A stretch of DNA of 64,000 nt, taken from positions 5,614-69,613 of the forward strand of contig CAYTGI010000001.1 of NCBI GenBank assembly GCA_964437465.1, read 5' to 3'. The notes below the pieces were generated by a model. That model made no database searches, was not told the DNA's origin, and saw nothing but the letters and a program-made list of their open reading frames with translations. The stretch is from an uncultured Candidatus Saccharibacteria bacterium. Lineage in GTDB: Bacteria > Patescibacteriota > Dojkabacteria > J137. This document shows positions 1 through 10,288 of this stretch, in pieces. The position numbers were made by a program, and so were the translations under genes. The stretch's first letter is position 1; the number at the start of each line of letters is the position of its first letter.

Positions 1-802
1 AAATATGTTTGTAACTTCCTTATTTCCTACCGATGGGAATGTAGAGATTTTAGGAATAAATACTAAAGAACATCCTGATAAAATAAGGCAAATAATTGGA
101 GTTGTATATCAAAAACCAAGTTTAGACGAAAAACTTACTGCTGAGGAAAATCTTCGATCACACGCTGTTTTATATGAAATAACGACATGGGCTCCTACTT
201 ATAAGATGACAAGTACAGAGTATAAGAATAGAGTAAATCATCTTTTAGAAATCGTAGGTTTAAAGGATAGAATGCATGATGTAGTAAAAACATTTAGTGG
301 AGGAATGAAAAGAAGGTTAGATATTGCTAAAGCATTACTTCATACTCCTAAAATATTATTTCTTGATGAGCCAACAACAGGAATTGATCCACAGAATAGA
401 AGAGAAATTTGGGGTTATCTTACTGATCTTCAAAAAGAGGAAAGATTTACCATTTTTTTAACAACTCAGTATCTTGAAGAAGCTGAAATATGTTCTCGAA
501 TAAGCATTATAGATAAAGGAAAGATTTTGGTTACTGATACACCATCTAAGCTTAAAGACAGAGTTGGAGATGAACTGTTATATATTAGTCCTGTAAACGG
601 TAATGAAAAAAAACTCGAAACAGAACTAAAAAATCTAAACATCCAGTTTCAAACTGATAATATCGGAAACTATATAATTGATTTAGAAAAAGGCTCAGCT
701 CAAAAGGTAATCAGTAACATTAAAACAGAGCTTGATGAGATAAATATAAAAAGAGCATCTTTAGATGATGTATTTATTAAGTTGACAGGTAGAAAGATAT
801 GA
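1..802 (+). CDS. ABC-2 (DrrA-like) exporter ATP-binding subunit, probably 5'-truncated by the window edge
   Basis: FSGGMKRRL signature, LFLDEPT Walker B, Q-loop VYQ. Walker A is not visible, so the true start is probably upstream of base 1. Confidence 0.9.
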   Translation, partial: NMFVTSLFPTDGNVEILGINTKEHPDKIRQIIGVVYQKPSLDEKLTAEENLRSHAVLYEITTWAPTYKMTSTEYKNRVNHLLEIVGLKDRMHDVVKTFSGGMKRRLDIAKALLHTPKILFLDEPTTGIDPQNRREIWGYLTDLQKEERFTIFLTTQYLEEAEICSRISIIDKGKILVTDTPSKLKDRVGDELLYISPVNGNEKKLETELKNLNIQFQTDNIGNYIIDLEKGSAQKVISNIKTELDEINIKRASLDDVFIKLTGRKI

Positions 803-1617
803 GTTTGAAAACTGAAATCAATAAAACATTGATGCTTGCTTGGCGAGATGTAATGAAATTATTAAGAGATCGTCCAAGATTATTAATTAGTCTTTTCTTT
901 CCGGTTATGTTTATGATTGTGTTTGGAGTAACTTTAGATTCAGGATTAGAAAGTTTGGCTGGAGGTGGATTTGGTTTATTGCCAGATGGATTTTTTTTGG
1001 ATTATGTTTTTGCAGGAATTCTTGCCCAATCAATCTTTCAAACAAGTTTTTCTGGAATAGTGTCTTTAGTTTCAGATAGAGAGGAAGATTTTTCTATGAG
1101 CATTTTTGTCGCTCCTATTTCTAGATTTTCTATTGTTATTGGAAAGATTCTTGGTGAAAGCATGGTAGCTTTTATTCAAGTTTTTGGAATTATAATATTT
1201 GGATATGTATTGGGAATAACTATCGATCCAATAAAAGTTTTGACTGTACTTCCATTTGGCATTTTGTTTGCTATAACAGGAGGATGTTTAGGATTACTTG
1301 TAGCTAGTAGAATAGAAGGAAAAGAAAATGCACAAAGAACTTTTCCATTATTAATTTTACCTTTGACTTTTCTTAGCGGTGCTTTTACCCCTGTTAATGA
1401 TCTTCCTTGGTGGTTAGCTTTAATAAAAGATTTAAATCCAATGTATTATGCAGTGGATTTAAGCAGAAGCATTATATTTTCAGACGCAAATCAGATAGTT
1501 CAAGACTTTACGATAAATAATTCTTTTTTAACAAATTTTATTATTCTTAATGTTTTAGGATTAGCTTTTCTTATAATTGGGACTTATCTTTTTACTAGGA
1601 AGGAGGGTAACAGGTAA
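799..1617 (+). CDS. ABC-2 type transporter permease
   Basis: About 6 hydrophobic segments, APISR..IVIGK and FLSGAFTP...NP.YY motifs; ATGA overlap with the ATPase gene. Confidence 0.9.
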   Translation: MSLKTEINKTLMLAWRDVMKLLRDRPRLLISLFFPVMFMIVFGVTLDSGLESLAGGGFGLLPDGFFLDYVFAGILAQSIFQTSFSGIVSLVSDREEDFSMSIFVAPISRFSIVIGKILGESMVAFIQVFGIIIFGYVLGITIDPIKVLTVLPFGILFAITGGCLGLLVASRIEGKENAQRTFPLLILPLTFLSGAFTPVNDLPWWLALIKDLNPMYYAVDLSRSIIFSDANQIVQDFTINNSFLTNFIILNVLGLAFLIIGTYLFTRKEGNR

Positions 1618-1667
1618 AGATGGATAGTTGGTGCTAAAATGAAACTGAAATTATTATTTAAAAATTA

Positions 1668-2870
1668 ATGAACGTTTTAGTCAGTACTTTTCATCTAGGT
1701 TTTACTTATATTAATGGCGCCGCATTTTCTCCAAGATTTTTATCTAAAGAACTTTTAAAGAAAGGTCATAAAGTACAAGTCTATTGTACAGGGTATCCTC
1801 AGGTTTATCTTGATCATGAAAAGGATATCCCTGGATATTTCTATAAGGTGACAATGGTTGATTTCTTTTTTAGGAAAAGAAAGCTATATAGCGATATTGC
1901 TAAATTTCAGCCAGACATAATCTACTCAAATGGGATTTCCTTAGCTGATCAAATATGCTCAAATTATGCTAGAAAATATAACATTCCATTTGTATGTACA
2001 GTTAGAACTAGATATAGGGATTTTATAAGAGAAGCTTTACCTTTTGGAAAATATTATCCAAAGTGGTTAGTTACATCAATTGTTAGCATGCTTGTAACCT
2101 GGTTGAATAGGGCTGACATGGTTTTTGCTTTGACTGATAGTTTAAGAGAGTCTCTTGAGGAAGCAGGTGTTAAAAATGTCAAAACTTTAAGTAATGGGGT
2201 TAATCTTGATGAATTTAGAATAAATGATAAAAAAAAGATCTCAGATAGACCAGTTGAATTACTTTATGTTGCTAATATTGAAGAAAGAAAGAATCAAACA
2301 TTTTTACTGGAAGTATCAAAACACTTACCTGAGAATATTAAAATGAATCTTGTTGGTGGAAGAAGTTTTAGTAGCAAATATTACGACGAATTTTCTGAAA
2401 AACTTGAATCATTAAAAAATAAAAATGTTATTTATCATGGTAAGCAAGATAGAAAATCCACTCAAGACTTTTATTACAATTCACATATCTTTGTATCCTC
2501 CACAAAATCTGAAGCGCAAGGAGTAATATTTCTAGAAGCTATAGCAAGTGGAATCCCAATAGTTAAACTACACTCTGAAGCTGTTGAGGGAGTTACAACA
2601 CATAACCGAAACTCAATTCATGTTCCTATGGATGCTGATCCAAAAACTTTTGCCGACGAGGTAATTAAACTAGTAAATAATCCCAAAAAATATAACAAAA
2701 TGGTTGAGAACTGCAAGGTTGATCGAAATAAATTTTCTTGGGAGAGTAGTGCGAATAAGTTTATTGACTATGTTGAGGATGTGTTACTAAACAAAAAAGT
2801 AAGGAAAAGTAGATTAAGAAGAGCAATTGATTTTGTTACAAATAGAATTCCATTTCGTAATAGTAATTAA
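1668..2870 (+). CDS. Glycosyltransferase family 4 (GT-B)
   Basis: NGVNLDEF, RKNQ, EAQGVIFLEAIASGIPIV (EX7E) and FSWE motifs. Confidence 0.9.
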   Translation: MNVLVSTFHLGFTYINGAAFSPRFLSKELLKKGHKVQVYCTGYPQVYLDHEKDIPGYFYKVTMVDFFFRKRKLYSDIAKFQPDIIYSNGISLADQICSNYARKYNIPFVCTVRTRYRDFIREALPFGKYYPKWLVTSIVSMLVTWLNRADMVFALTDSLRESLEEAGVKNVKTLSNGVNLDEFRINDKKKISDRPVELLYVANIEERKNQTFLLEVSKHLPENIKMNLVGGRSFSSKYYDEFSEKLESLKNKNVIYHGKQDRKSTQDFYYNSHIFVSSTKSEAQGVIFLEAIASGIPIVKLHSEAVEGVTTHNRNSIHVPMDADPKTFADEVIKLVNNPKKYNKMVENCKVDRNKFSWESSANKFIDYVEDVLLNKKVRKSRLRRAIDFVTNRIPFRNSN

Positions 2871-2922
2871 CGCTTGCATCTATAAACTCTTTTTTGTAGA
2901 ATTCCTCAATTATCTTCTTGGA

Positions 2923-3213
2923 ATGAATGATGAGTTGGAATCTGCTCATATAGATAAAATGATTTCTCCTGATGAATATTACGAAGCTTTGTGGAGAGAT
3001 TTTGAAGCTGGAAGGCTTACTAGACAAACTGATGAAATAGAAAAAAGAACTCCGCAAAGACCTTATTACGATAGAACTGATTATAACCTTAGAAATTTAG
3101 TTAGAAAAGAAAGAAGAAACGAATCTTACATTCCTGACCATAGTTCTTCTAGAATGCGGCTAAGAGGTGCACTGCACCAGATGAGAACTAGAGGGTATTC
3201 TTTAGAACAATAA
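2923..3213 (+). CDS. Hypothetical protein (start moved to ATG 2923)
   Basis: The ORF-track start overlaps the upstream gene; ATG at 2923 gives MNDELES..., 96 aa. Confidence 0.55.
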   Translation: MNDELESAHIDKMISPDEYYEALWRDFEAGRLTRQTDEIEKRTPQRPYYDRTDYNLRNLVRKERRNESYIPDHSSSRMRLRGALHQMRTRGYSLEQ

Positions 3214-3243
3214 AAAAGCCCCGTTAGTTAAAACGGGGACTTT
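3212..3243 (-). terminator. Rho-independent terminator of dnaK (possibly bidirectional)
   Basis: Minus strand reads GTCCCCGTT-ttaact-AACGGGGC-TTTTTT just after the dnaK stop. Confidence 0.85.
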
Positions 3244-3261
3244 AGGTGTTACTACTAAATC

Positions 3262-5190
3262 TTACTCTTTTTTATCCTTCTCTTCAATAACTTCCCCTTC
3301 TTCTACCGCTTCATTTTCTTCTTTTTTGGCTTCACTTTTTTCTTCAGTTTCTGGATTGTTTTCACCACCTTCAGCTTCATAAACTTTAGCTCCAACTTCT
3401 TGCATTATCTCCATTAGCTCATTAGAAAGAGTTTTTAACTTTTCCAAATCAGCATCGTCTTTTTCCAATTCATCTTTAATCTCTTTATTCTTATCTTCGA
3501 TTTTCTTCTTATTGTCGTCATCTATCTTTTCTGCATGATCTTTTAGAAGTTTTTCAGCTTGGAAAACATAACTATCAGCATCATTTCTTATTTTTAGTTT
3601 CTCCATCTCTTCCTTATCTTTACTTGCATTCTCTTCAGCTTCTTTTACTAATTTATCGATTTCCTCCTGTTCTAGTTGAGTAGAAGCAGTAATTGTAATC
3701 TCTTGTTCTTTTCCTGTTCCCTTGTCTTTTGCTTTAACATTTAAAATTCCATTCGCATCAATTTTAAAGATTACTTCGAATTGAGGTACACCTCTTGGAG
3801 CTGGTGGGATTCCATCTAATCTAAAAGTTCCTAATACTTTATTGTCCTTAGCTAAAGGTCTTTCTCCTTGAAGAACTTTTACATCAATTGCTGGTTGGTT
3901 ATCAACAGCTGTTGTAAATCTATCCTCAGACTTTTCTGCAGGAATTGTTGTATTTCTAGGGATTAGAACATGCATCTGACCAGCATTAACTTCTAATCCA
4001 AGAGACAACGGAGTAACGTCCAAAAGAGTAATATCATCTACATCAGTATCTCCAGCTAAAACAGCTCCTTGAAGGGCTGCTCCAACCGCAACAACTTCAT
4101 CAGGGTTAACTGAAATATTAGGCTCTTTTCCAAAAAATTCTTTTACCTTACTTTTAACTAAAGGCATTCTTGTCATACCTCCAACCATTACGATCTCATT
4201 TATCTCACCCTTCTCAATATCAGCATCCTTTAAAGCTTGTCTAACTGAATCGAATGTTTTATCTACAAGGTCAGAAACTAGTTTTTCAAAATCTGACTTC
4301 TTTAAAGTCATTCTGAAATGTTTAGGACCTTTTGCGTCAGCTGTAATGTACGGAAGATTAATCTCAGTTTGCTCAGAGTTAGAAAGCGCGATCTTAGCTT
4401 TCTCAGCTGCTTCTTTTAATCTTTGAAGTGCGGCAGGATCTTCTTTTAGATCAATTCCTTGCTCTTTTTTAAATTCTTCTACAAGATGATTGATTAGGGC
4501 CTGATCAAAGTCGTCTCCTCCAAGGTGAGTATCTCCTGAAGTAGATCTAACTTCATAAACTCCATCTCCAATTTCCAAAACAGAAACGTCAAAAGTTCCT
4601 CCTCCTAAATCGTAAACTATAATTGTTTGATCACCTGATTTTTCTAACCCGTAAGCAATAGCCGCTGCAGTAGGCTCGTTAATAATTCTTTTAACGTCTA
4701 ACCCAGCGATTTTTCCTGCATTTTTTGTAGCTTGTCTTTGAGCATCATCAAAGTAAGCAGGAACTGTAATTACTGCCCCTTCTACAGATTCTCCTAGAAA
4801 AGCTTCTGCATCAGCTTTAATTCTAGCTAGCACTTTAGCTGAAATTACTTCAGGAGCTACCCAATCTGAACCGAATTTGATCTCAACTCCTCCTTTCTTA
4901 CTTTCTCTAATTTCAAATGGTAGAAGATCAAGATCTTTTTTTACATCTTCATCAGTAAACTTTCGCCCGATAAGTCTTTTAATAGAGTAGAAAGTTTGTT
5001 CTGGATTAGTAACCATTTGGTTTTTAGCGGTTACTCCTACGATTTCTGATTTATTGTCTACGTCAATAGCAACAACAGAAGGCGTAGTTCTATTTCCTTC
5101 TTTGTTTGTAATAACCTCAGGTTTACCAGCTTGAACGAAAGCAAAGGCTGAATTTGTTGTACCTAGGTCAATTCCGATAATTTTCCCCAT
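3262..5190 (-). CDS. dnaK: Molecular chaperone DnaK
   Basis: [38 protein letters not shown] and GIPPAPRG Hsp70 motifs. Confidence 0.99.
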   Translation of the reverse strand: MGKIIGIDLGTTNSAFAFVQAGKPEVITNKEGNRTTPSVVAIDVDNKSEIVGVTAKNQMVTNPEQTFYSIKRLIGRKFTDEDVKKDLDLLPFEIRESKKGGVEIKFGSDWVAPEVISAKVLARIKADAEAFLGESVEGAVITVPAYFDDAQRQATKNAGKIAGLDVKRIINEPTAAAIAYGLEKSGDQTIIVYDLGGGTFDVSVLEIGDGVYEVRSTSGDTHLGGDDFDQALINHLVEEFKKEQGIDLKEDPAALQRLKEAAEKAKIALSNSEQTEINLPYITADAKGPKHFRMTLKKSDFEKLVSDLVDKTFDSVRQALKDADIEKGEINEIVMVGGMTRMPLVKSKVKEFFGKEPNISVNPDEVVAVGAALQGAVLAGDTDVDDITLLDVTPLSLGLEVNAGQMHVLIPRNTTIPAEKSEDRFTTAVDNQPAIDVKVLQGERPLAKDNKVLGTFRLDGIPPAPRGVPQFEVIFKIDANGILNVKAKDKGTGKEQEITITASTQLEQEEIDKLVKEAEENASKDKEEMEKLKIRNDADSYVFQAEKLLKDHAEKIDDDNKKKIEDKNKEIKDELEKDDADLEKLKTLSNELMEIMQEVGAKVYEAEGGENNPETEEKSEAKKEENEAVEEGEVIEEKDKKE

Positions 5191-5253
5191 GATATAAAAG
5201 TAATATTTATTTTAGTGCGTTTAAACGCAGTTTAATTACAAATTAACACCTAA

Positions 5254-5282
5254 ATATTACAACGCTAGCAGAAGTGAGTCAA
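5254..5282 (-). promoter_or_regulatory. Sigma70-type promoter of dnaK
   Basis: Minus strand TTGACT (5282-5277), 17 nt, TAATAT (5259-5254). Confidence 0.75.
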
Positions 5283-5291
5283 GAGTGCTAA
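5265..5291 (-). promoter_or_regulatory. CIRCE (HrcA operator), one perfect and one degenerate arm
   Basis: Minus strand TTAGCACTC-N9-TTCTGCTAG versus consensus TTAGCACTC-N9-GAGTGCTAA; overlaps the dnaK -35 box. Confidence 0.8.
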
Positions 5292-5294
5292 TTC

Positions 5295-5329
5295 AATTGT
5301 TAATTATTAATTACTAATTGCTAATTACT
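5295..5329. repeat. Tandem heptamer repeat AATTRYT x5
   Basis: aattgtt-aattatt-aattact-aattgct-aattact at the grpE stop. Confidence 0.6.
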
Positions 5330-6245
5330 TACCAACAATAACTTTCGCGGCTTTTAAAATCCCATCTTTATCTTTATATTTGTAAGCTGAACTTATTACA
5401 GCTACAACTTTATTTTTCATCTCAGGATTAGGTATCGCCTGAATTGCTTCCATTTTTTCTTTATCGAATTCATCTCCAGGTTTTACTTCAATTGTTTCTA
5501 CCCCAGCATTTTTAGCCGTAGATTTCAGTTTTTCTCTCGCATTAGAAATAGATTCTTTAGCTCTGTCTAAATCTAATTCAGAATCGTCTAAAGCTAATCC
5601 TAAATCATCATTAATCTCTAAAAGTTCCTGAATAATCCCCATGTTAGCAATAGCTCCGAAAGTAGCCTTCTCCTGTTCAATTCGTTTCTTATAATTCTCA
5701 AAATCTGCCATTAGTTTTAATCTCTTATTTCTTTCTTCTTCAAACTGAACTTCTATGTACTTTTCTTTGGGCTCAGCATTTTCATCAATACTATTAACTA
5801 TCTCTGAGCTTAAAGGATTTTCTGGAATATAAATAATCACATCATCTCCCATTATTTCTAAAATCTCTTCTCCGTCACTAGATTTTTTAACTTCAGCAAT
5901 TCCTTCATTAACTAAATCCTCTTTAATCTTTAGATACCCAGTAACAGAATAGTCTGGAGCACCTACTTGTTCTTTTCCATCTTCTGGCTTTCTAATTTTA
6001 ATTAGGTTAACCGGTCCATCTACAGTTGCTAATTCATCATCTAAAATATATGTTATGCCTGATGAATCTTCCTTATAAACTTTTCCTAAATTGTCAGCCT
6101 CTTCATTGTACTGATCGTATTCTTTATTTGATTGACAGAATACAGCTACATAATCAAGGCTTGTCTCTAAACTAGATAATTTTTCTTCTCGTAAGATTTG
6201 AGCTTTTTCTACTATTTCTTTTATTCTAGGTACTAATGGTTTCAT
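5325..6245 (-). CDS. grpE: GrpE nucleotide exchange factor with an extra ~150-aa N-terminal domain
   Basis: C-terminal half has ADFENYKKR, GDEFD...MEAI and KAAKVIVGK; adjacent to dnaK. The N-terminal half is not GrpE-like. Confidence 0.88.
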   Translation of the reverse strand: MKPLVPRIKEIVEKAQILREEKLSSLETSLDYVAVFCQSNKEYDQYNEEADNLGKVYKEDSSGITYILDDELATVDGPVNLIKIRKPEDGKEQVGAPDYSVTGYLKIKEDLVNEGIAEVKKSSDGEEILEIMGDDVIIYIPENPLSSEIVNSIDENAEPKEKYIEVQFEEERNKRLKLMADFENYKKRIEQEKATFGAIANMGIIQELLEINDDLGLALDDSELDLDRAKESISNAREKLKSTAKNAGVETIEVKPGDEFDKEKMEAIQAIPNPEMKNKVVAVISSAYKYKDKDGILKAAKVIVGK

Positions 6246-6282
6246 GAATTTTTAATTAACTATGGAAATTGTATCATAGAAT

Positions 6283-6303
6283 TAGTTGCTAGTGGCTAGT
6301 TGC
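6283..6303. repeat. Tandem heptamer TAGTKGC x3
   Basis: tagttgc-tagtggc-tagttgc; the same unit occurs inverted at 21445-21458 (gcaacta-gcgacta). Confidence 0.5.
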
Positions 6304-6312
6304 AGTGTATTG

Positions 6313-6669
6313 TCATAATTTTAGAGATGTTAATAGCGAGTTAATTTCTCCGTATGTATGTATCTCTTTTGTTAATAGGTGGATTGCTCCAGAGAATTTA
6401 TGATCATTTTTGTGGATAGCAATAATCGGGATCTCTAGAAGTCTTGCCCAACCAAGTTCTATACCTTGGCCAGTTGATGGGTAACTTACTTCTGCAATAA
6501 CTAATTCACACTCCCCAGATTTAAAAAGTTCTAGGGTATTGTATTGTTTGTCACTTTCTTCGTGAGGAAGTATTATTTCATGCTTATTATTTAACTCTGA
6601 ATTCCTAATTGGTGTGTAAAGCTCTTGATTAAAATCAAAAGAAGTAGAGTGGGATACATATATTTTCAT
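6313..6669 (-). CDS. Nucleoside 2-deoxyribosyltransferase / DNPH1-like N-glycosidase
   Basis: MKIY.S start and VIAEVSYPSTGQGIELGWA motif with the catalytic Glu. Confidence 0.7.
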   Translation of the reverse strand: MKIYVSHSTSFDFNQELYTPIRNSELNNKHEIILPHEESDKQYNTLELFKSGECELVIAEVSYPSTGQGIELGWARLLEIPIIAIHKNDHKFSGAIHLLTKEIHTYGEINSLLTSLKL

Positions 6670-6791
6670 ACTTAATTTTACCGGATATCTTAGAGGGTAA
6701 GCAGGTACCTAAGTACTTGTTCAACTATTTCTAAAAAAGAGTTGAATTTAATCTTGTGATCTTTTATCTTACAATAATTAATTTTGTGTAA

Positions 6792-7859
6792 ATGGTAGAA
6801 GTAGTAAAACACATAGAAACAACTATAGATAGTAATCTTAAAAAACTTGAACAAGATATTTATGATTTAGGTATAGATGCAAGTCCGCTTTCTAATTTCA
6901 TTGATTCTAAAATATTTTGTGATTTTAACGATCTCTCAAAACAAGGAATAATATCAATGTTGAGAACAGGTTTAGAAAAAGGGAGTATTAAAGAAGTCAT
7001 GGATGTTATTTTTAATCCTCAAGAACCAAGTCAAGAGAGGTTAGAAATCTATAAGAGAAGGCATAGGGAAATTTATGAGCAGAGAGCTATTGAGCTGGCT
7101 GACATGATAATTGATGGACATGAAACTGTCATTTTAAGAAGTGGAATGTACGGTGGAAAATCTACCTTGGCTACAGCTACTGAGAAAGAATTGAAAAAAA
7201 GGGGATTTACTTCCTCCGTTCTTATAGCAGGTATTTTGGGAGATGATTTTACTACTGCTAGAGCTTACGAAGCTGATGAAGGAGTTTTGCCAGCAGAAAT
7301 GGTTTTACCAGATACGATTGAAAACATTAAGTTTAAGATTCTAGAAGATAGAGGAGATAACGAAAATCATGTTGTGTATTTTGATGAATTTTCGTTTGTA
7401 GATGAAGGGACTGTTAGAGAAATAGTGAATTTTTGTAGTGAGGAAGGTATTAAATTAATTATGGCAGGTTTAGATGCTGATTATCTAGGTCGTGAACTTC
7501 CTACGATGTCTAGGTTTCGTAAGGAATGCACTCATGTTGAAGAGTGTTTTTCTTTTACGATGAATATGGATTATGACTCAGTTGAAAATGGTGAACCTAT
7601 AGGAACACATACAGCTAGATATGTGCGTCTTCCAGAAGGTGGCTATGTGTTAGATGTAGCGAGTCTTCCTCTAGAAGTTTCGAAAGAAAAACCATACATA
7701 CTTTATATTCCTGTAGCAAAGCAACATCATATATCGGGTATTCTTGAAGGGCATCCAGTTCTTGAATGGATAAATTCATATCCAGAGTTTATACCACAGG
7801 AAAGAATGCAACGAGTTTTTCAATTTAATTTGGAGTTACCCTATCAAGAAGTGGCTTAA
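6792..7859 (+). CDS. tdk: Divergent thymidine kinase-like protein with N-terminal extension
   Basis: SGMYGGKST (cf. GPMFSGKS), YFDEFSF (cf. DEAQF), AGLDADYLG (cf. GLDxDFxG); next to dcd/thyA. Confidence 0.7.
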   Translation: MVEVVKHIETTIDSNLKKLEQDIYDLGIDASPLSNFIDSKIFCDFNDLSKQGIISMLRTGLEKGSIKEVMDVIFNPQEPSQERLEIYKRRHREIYEQRAIELADMIIDGHETVILRSGMYGGKSTLATATEKELKKRGFTSSVLIAGILGDDFTTARAYEADEGVLPAEMVLPDTIENIKFKILEDRGDNENHVVYFDEFSFVDEGTVREIVNFCSEEGIKLIMAGLDADYLGRELPTMSRFRKECTHVEECFSFTMNMDYDSVENGEPIGTHTARYVRLPEGGYVLDVASLPLEVSKEKPYILYIPVAKQHHISGILEGHPVLEWINSYPEFIPQERMQRVFQFNLELPYQEVA

Positions 7860-8197
7860 GCCTCGATTGGATCTTCTGGGGGTAAAACTCTAGTAATAAT
7901 ATTCCAATAACGGTTGTTCTCCTCATTTATCGTTATAGTATAAACTGTTTGGATTCGGCTAGAAGTCAAGTTGAAAAAATCCATTAAATGACTATTTATT
8001 TGAGCAGACAGCTCGTCTCTTGAGCTTATGTTTGGAATTTTTTTAAGAATGATTTCAATCTTGGGGTTACTATCATGAGGATCATAACGGTCTGATATCT
8101 CACTTTTAATTTCATCAACAATTCTATCTATCCAAGTTACTTCTAAATATTGCTCGTTGAAATCATCATAATTATCATCGTTGAAATCGTCACTCAT
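7856..8197 (-). CDS. Hypothetical protein, acidic N-terminus
   Basis: 113-aa ORF coupled to dcd by a 4-nt overlap. Confidence 0.65.
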   Translation of the reverse strand: MSDDFNDDNYDDFNEQYLEVTWIDRIVDEIKSEISDRYDPHDSNPKIEIILKKIPNISSRDELSAQINSHLMDFFNLTSSRIQTVYTITINEENNRYWNIITRVLPPEDPIEA

Positions 8198-8754
8198 TTT
8201 TTCTTTTTATTCTCAGAATCTTTAAATACTTTACTACCAACGGCATCCATCTGTCCTTGGTACTTACTTTTTCTCTCAGGTGCTCCGTATGGACTTTCAG
8301 CAGGGAATCCCATTCTTCCAAAAACTAACTGACAGATTCTTCTTCCAGCTTCAAGTTTAATCGGAACAGAGTTTGCGTTATACAGCTCTAAAGTTATTCT
8401 ACCCTTAAATCCAGGGTCAACCCATCCAGCGTTTTGAATAAATAGTCCCATTCTCCCAATTGAACTTCGTCCCTCAACAAAAGCAATTAAGTTATCTGGT
8501 AATTCAATATATTCCATAGTTGTTCCGAGAAGGAATGTATGGGGCTCAATTATAATTTCTGTTTTTGTAATTTTTTTATATTTAACTGGATTATTTAAAT
8601 CTATAACTTTCGATCTTCTATTATCTACAATTAAGAAATTATCTCCTAATCTACAGTCAATTGAGGCAGGTTGAATAGATTCATCTGTAATTGGTCTACA
8701 GACTAATTCGCCTGAAAGCAGCATTTTTTTAATTGTTCCGTCAGATAAAATCAT
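8194..8754 (-). CDS. dcd: dCTP deaminase
   Basis: MILSD, IQPASID.RL, EGRSSIGRMGL, AGWVDPGFKG.ITLEL and SKYQGQ motifs. Confidence 0.96.
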   Translation of the reverse strand: MILSDGTIKKMLLSGELVCRPITDESIQPASIDCRLGDNFLIVDNRRSKVIDLNNPVKYKKITKTEIIIEPHTFLLGTTMEYIELPDNLIAFVEGRSSIGRMGLFIQNAGWVDPGFKGRITLELYNANSVPIKLEAGRRICQLVFGRMGFPAESPYGAPERKSKYQGQMDAVGSKVFKDSENKKKK

Positions 8755-8755
8755 A

Positions 8756-9373
8756 TCAATCTATTGATTCTAAATAATCTGTAATTGGTTTAGAAAGGTT
8801 CCTCGTCAATTCTAAGAATTTACCAATATTTCCCTCAGCATTTTCGTCATCTATTATGGTTGGAACCTCATCAACGAAAATGAGTATTCGCCTATCTTCA
8901 GTTTCTCCCTCTTCTAGTTCAACACCACTATCTCCAACTTGTTTACTCCCTAAATATATTTTATGTGTGTATTGTTTTTCATCTTCGAATGTGATCGCTA
9001 CTAAAACATGACCTTCTTCTGCGTTTTCAAAGGACCGAGTAACGTCAAACCCTACTTTTGCAAGCTCACCTTTTAATTGAGTTCTAAAAGTTTCATCTAA
9101 AAAGTATTCGTAGACATTTGTGTCAACCTCAATAAAAGGTTCGAAAATGTATGCACCATCAGTCAAGTTAGGAACAAAAACAACACTAACTCCATCATCA
9201 ATGCTAAATTCAAACTTTGGTGGTAAAACTAGCCTTCCATCAATATCAATAGGTACCATTGTGAGTGGTTGATCTTCTAAAAATCTTCTCATTTCTTCTA
9301 GAATATCTTGTGCAGTTATTTGTTCATTTGAAGGATCGAAATCATCATCGTAATTGTGTTTTTGATCAGACAT
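8756..9373 (-). CDS. Hypothetical acidic protein
   Basis: 205-aa ORF directly upstream of dcd in the same orientation. Confidence 0.7.
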   Translation of the reverse strand: MSDQKHNYDDDFDPSNEQITAQDILEEMRRFLEDQPLTMVPIDIDGRLVLPPKFEFSIDDGVSVVFVPNLTDGAYIFEPFIEVDTNVYEYFLDETFRTQLKGELAKVGFDVTRSFENAEEGHVLVAITFEDEKQYTHKIYLGSKQVGDSGVELEEGETEDRRILIFVDEVPTIIDDENAEGNIGKFLELTRNLSKPITDYLESID

Positions 9374-9458
9374 TCTAGTATTTCTAAATTAGCTGAATTT
9401 TATCACGTATTTTTAAAATCACTTTGATTTTTTTAGATTAGAAAAGTAGTATAAAAAT

Positions 9459-10286
9459 ATGCATGACGAAACTTATCTTAAACAATTAAAATTCGTTTTA
9501 GAAAACGGATCTAGGAGAGAAAATCGAACGGGTGTAGATACTTTTGGTGTATTCGGACTTCAAGCTAGGTATGATCTTGAAAAGGGTTTTCCGGCATTAA
9601 CTACAAAAAAACTTTTTTTTAAGTCAGTAAAAGCAGAACTACTTTGGTTCTTAGAAGGAAGTAATGATTATAAAAGATTAAATGAATTAGGTTCTAAAAT
9701 ATGGGATGCAAACGCTGAAGCTGATTATTGGAAACCTAAGGCTAAATTTGAAGGAGATGTTGGTAGAGTATATGGTGTGCAGTGGAGGTCATGGAACGGT
9801 CCTGATGATAAAGTTATTGACCAGATAGCTAATGCAATTGAAAATATAAAAACAGATCCAGGAAATAGAAGAATAATTGTTAGTGCATGGAATCCAGGTG
9901 AACTAGACCAAATGGCTTTGCCTCCCTGTCACATTATTTTTCAGTTTTATGTTCAAGGTGATGAGCTTTCTCTTCAAATGTACCAAAGAAGTGCCGATAT
10001 GTTTTTAGGAGTTCCTTTTAACATTGCTTCCTATTCATTACTGTTATCCATGATTGCACATGTTACAGGTTTGAAAGCTAAAGAATTTATTCATGTTCTA
10101 GGAGATGCTCACATTTATGAAAACCACATCGACCAGGTAAAAGATCAGCTTGAGCGAGATCCGTATGATCCTCCTAAGTTATGGTTAAATCCAGATGTGA
10201 GTGATATTGATTCCTTCACAATGAAAGATATTAAGCTTCAGGATTATAAGTATCATCCACCTATTAAAGCTCCAATGGCTGTTTAA
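9459..10286 (+). CDS. thyA: Thymidylate synthase
   Basis: RTGV.T, ELLWF, YGVQWR, MALPPCH and QRSAD.FLGVPFNIASY motifs. Confidence 0.98.
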   Translation: MHDETYLKQLKFVLENGSRRENRTGVDTFGVFGLQARYDLEKGFPALTTKKLFFKSVKAELLWFLEGSNDYKRLNELGSKIWDANAEADYWKPKAKFEGDVGRVYGVQWRSWNGPDDKVIDQIANAIENIKTDPGNRRIIVSAWNPGELDQMALPPCHIIFQFYVQGDELSLQMYQRSADMFLGVPFNIASYSLLLSMIAHVTGLKAKEFIHVLGDAHIYENHIDQVKDQLERDPYDPPKLWLNPDVSDIDSFTMKDIKLQDYKYHPPIKAPMAV

Positions 10287-10288
10287 AC

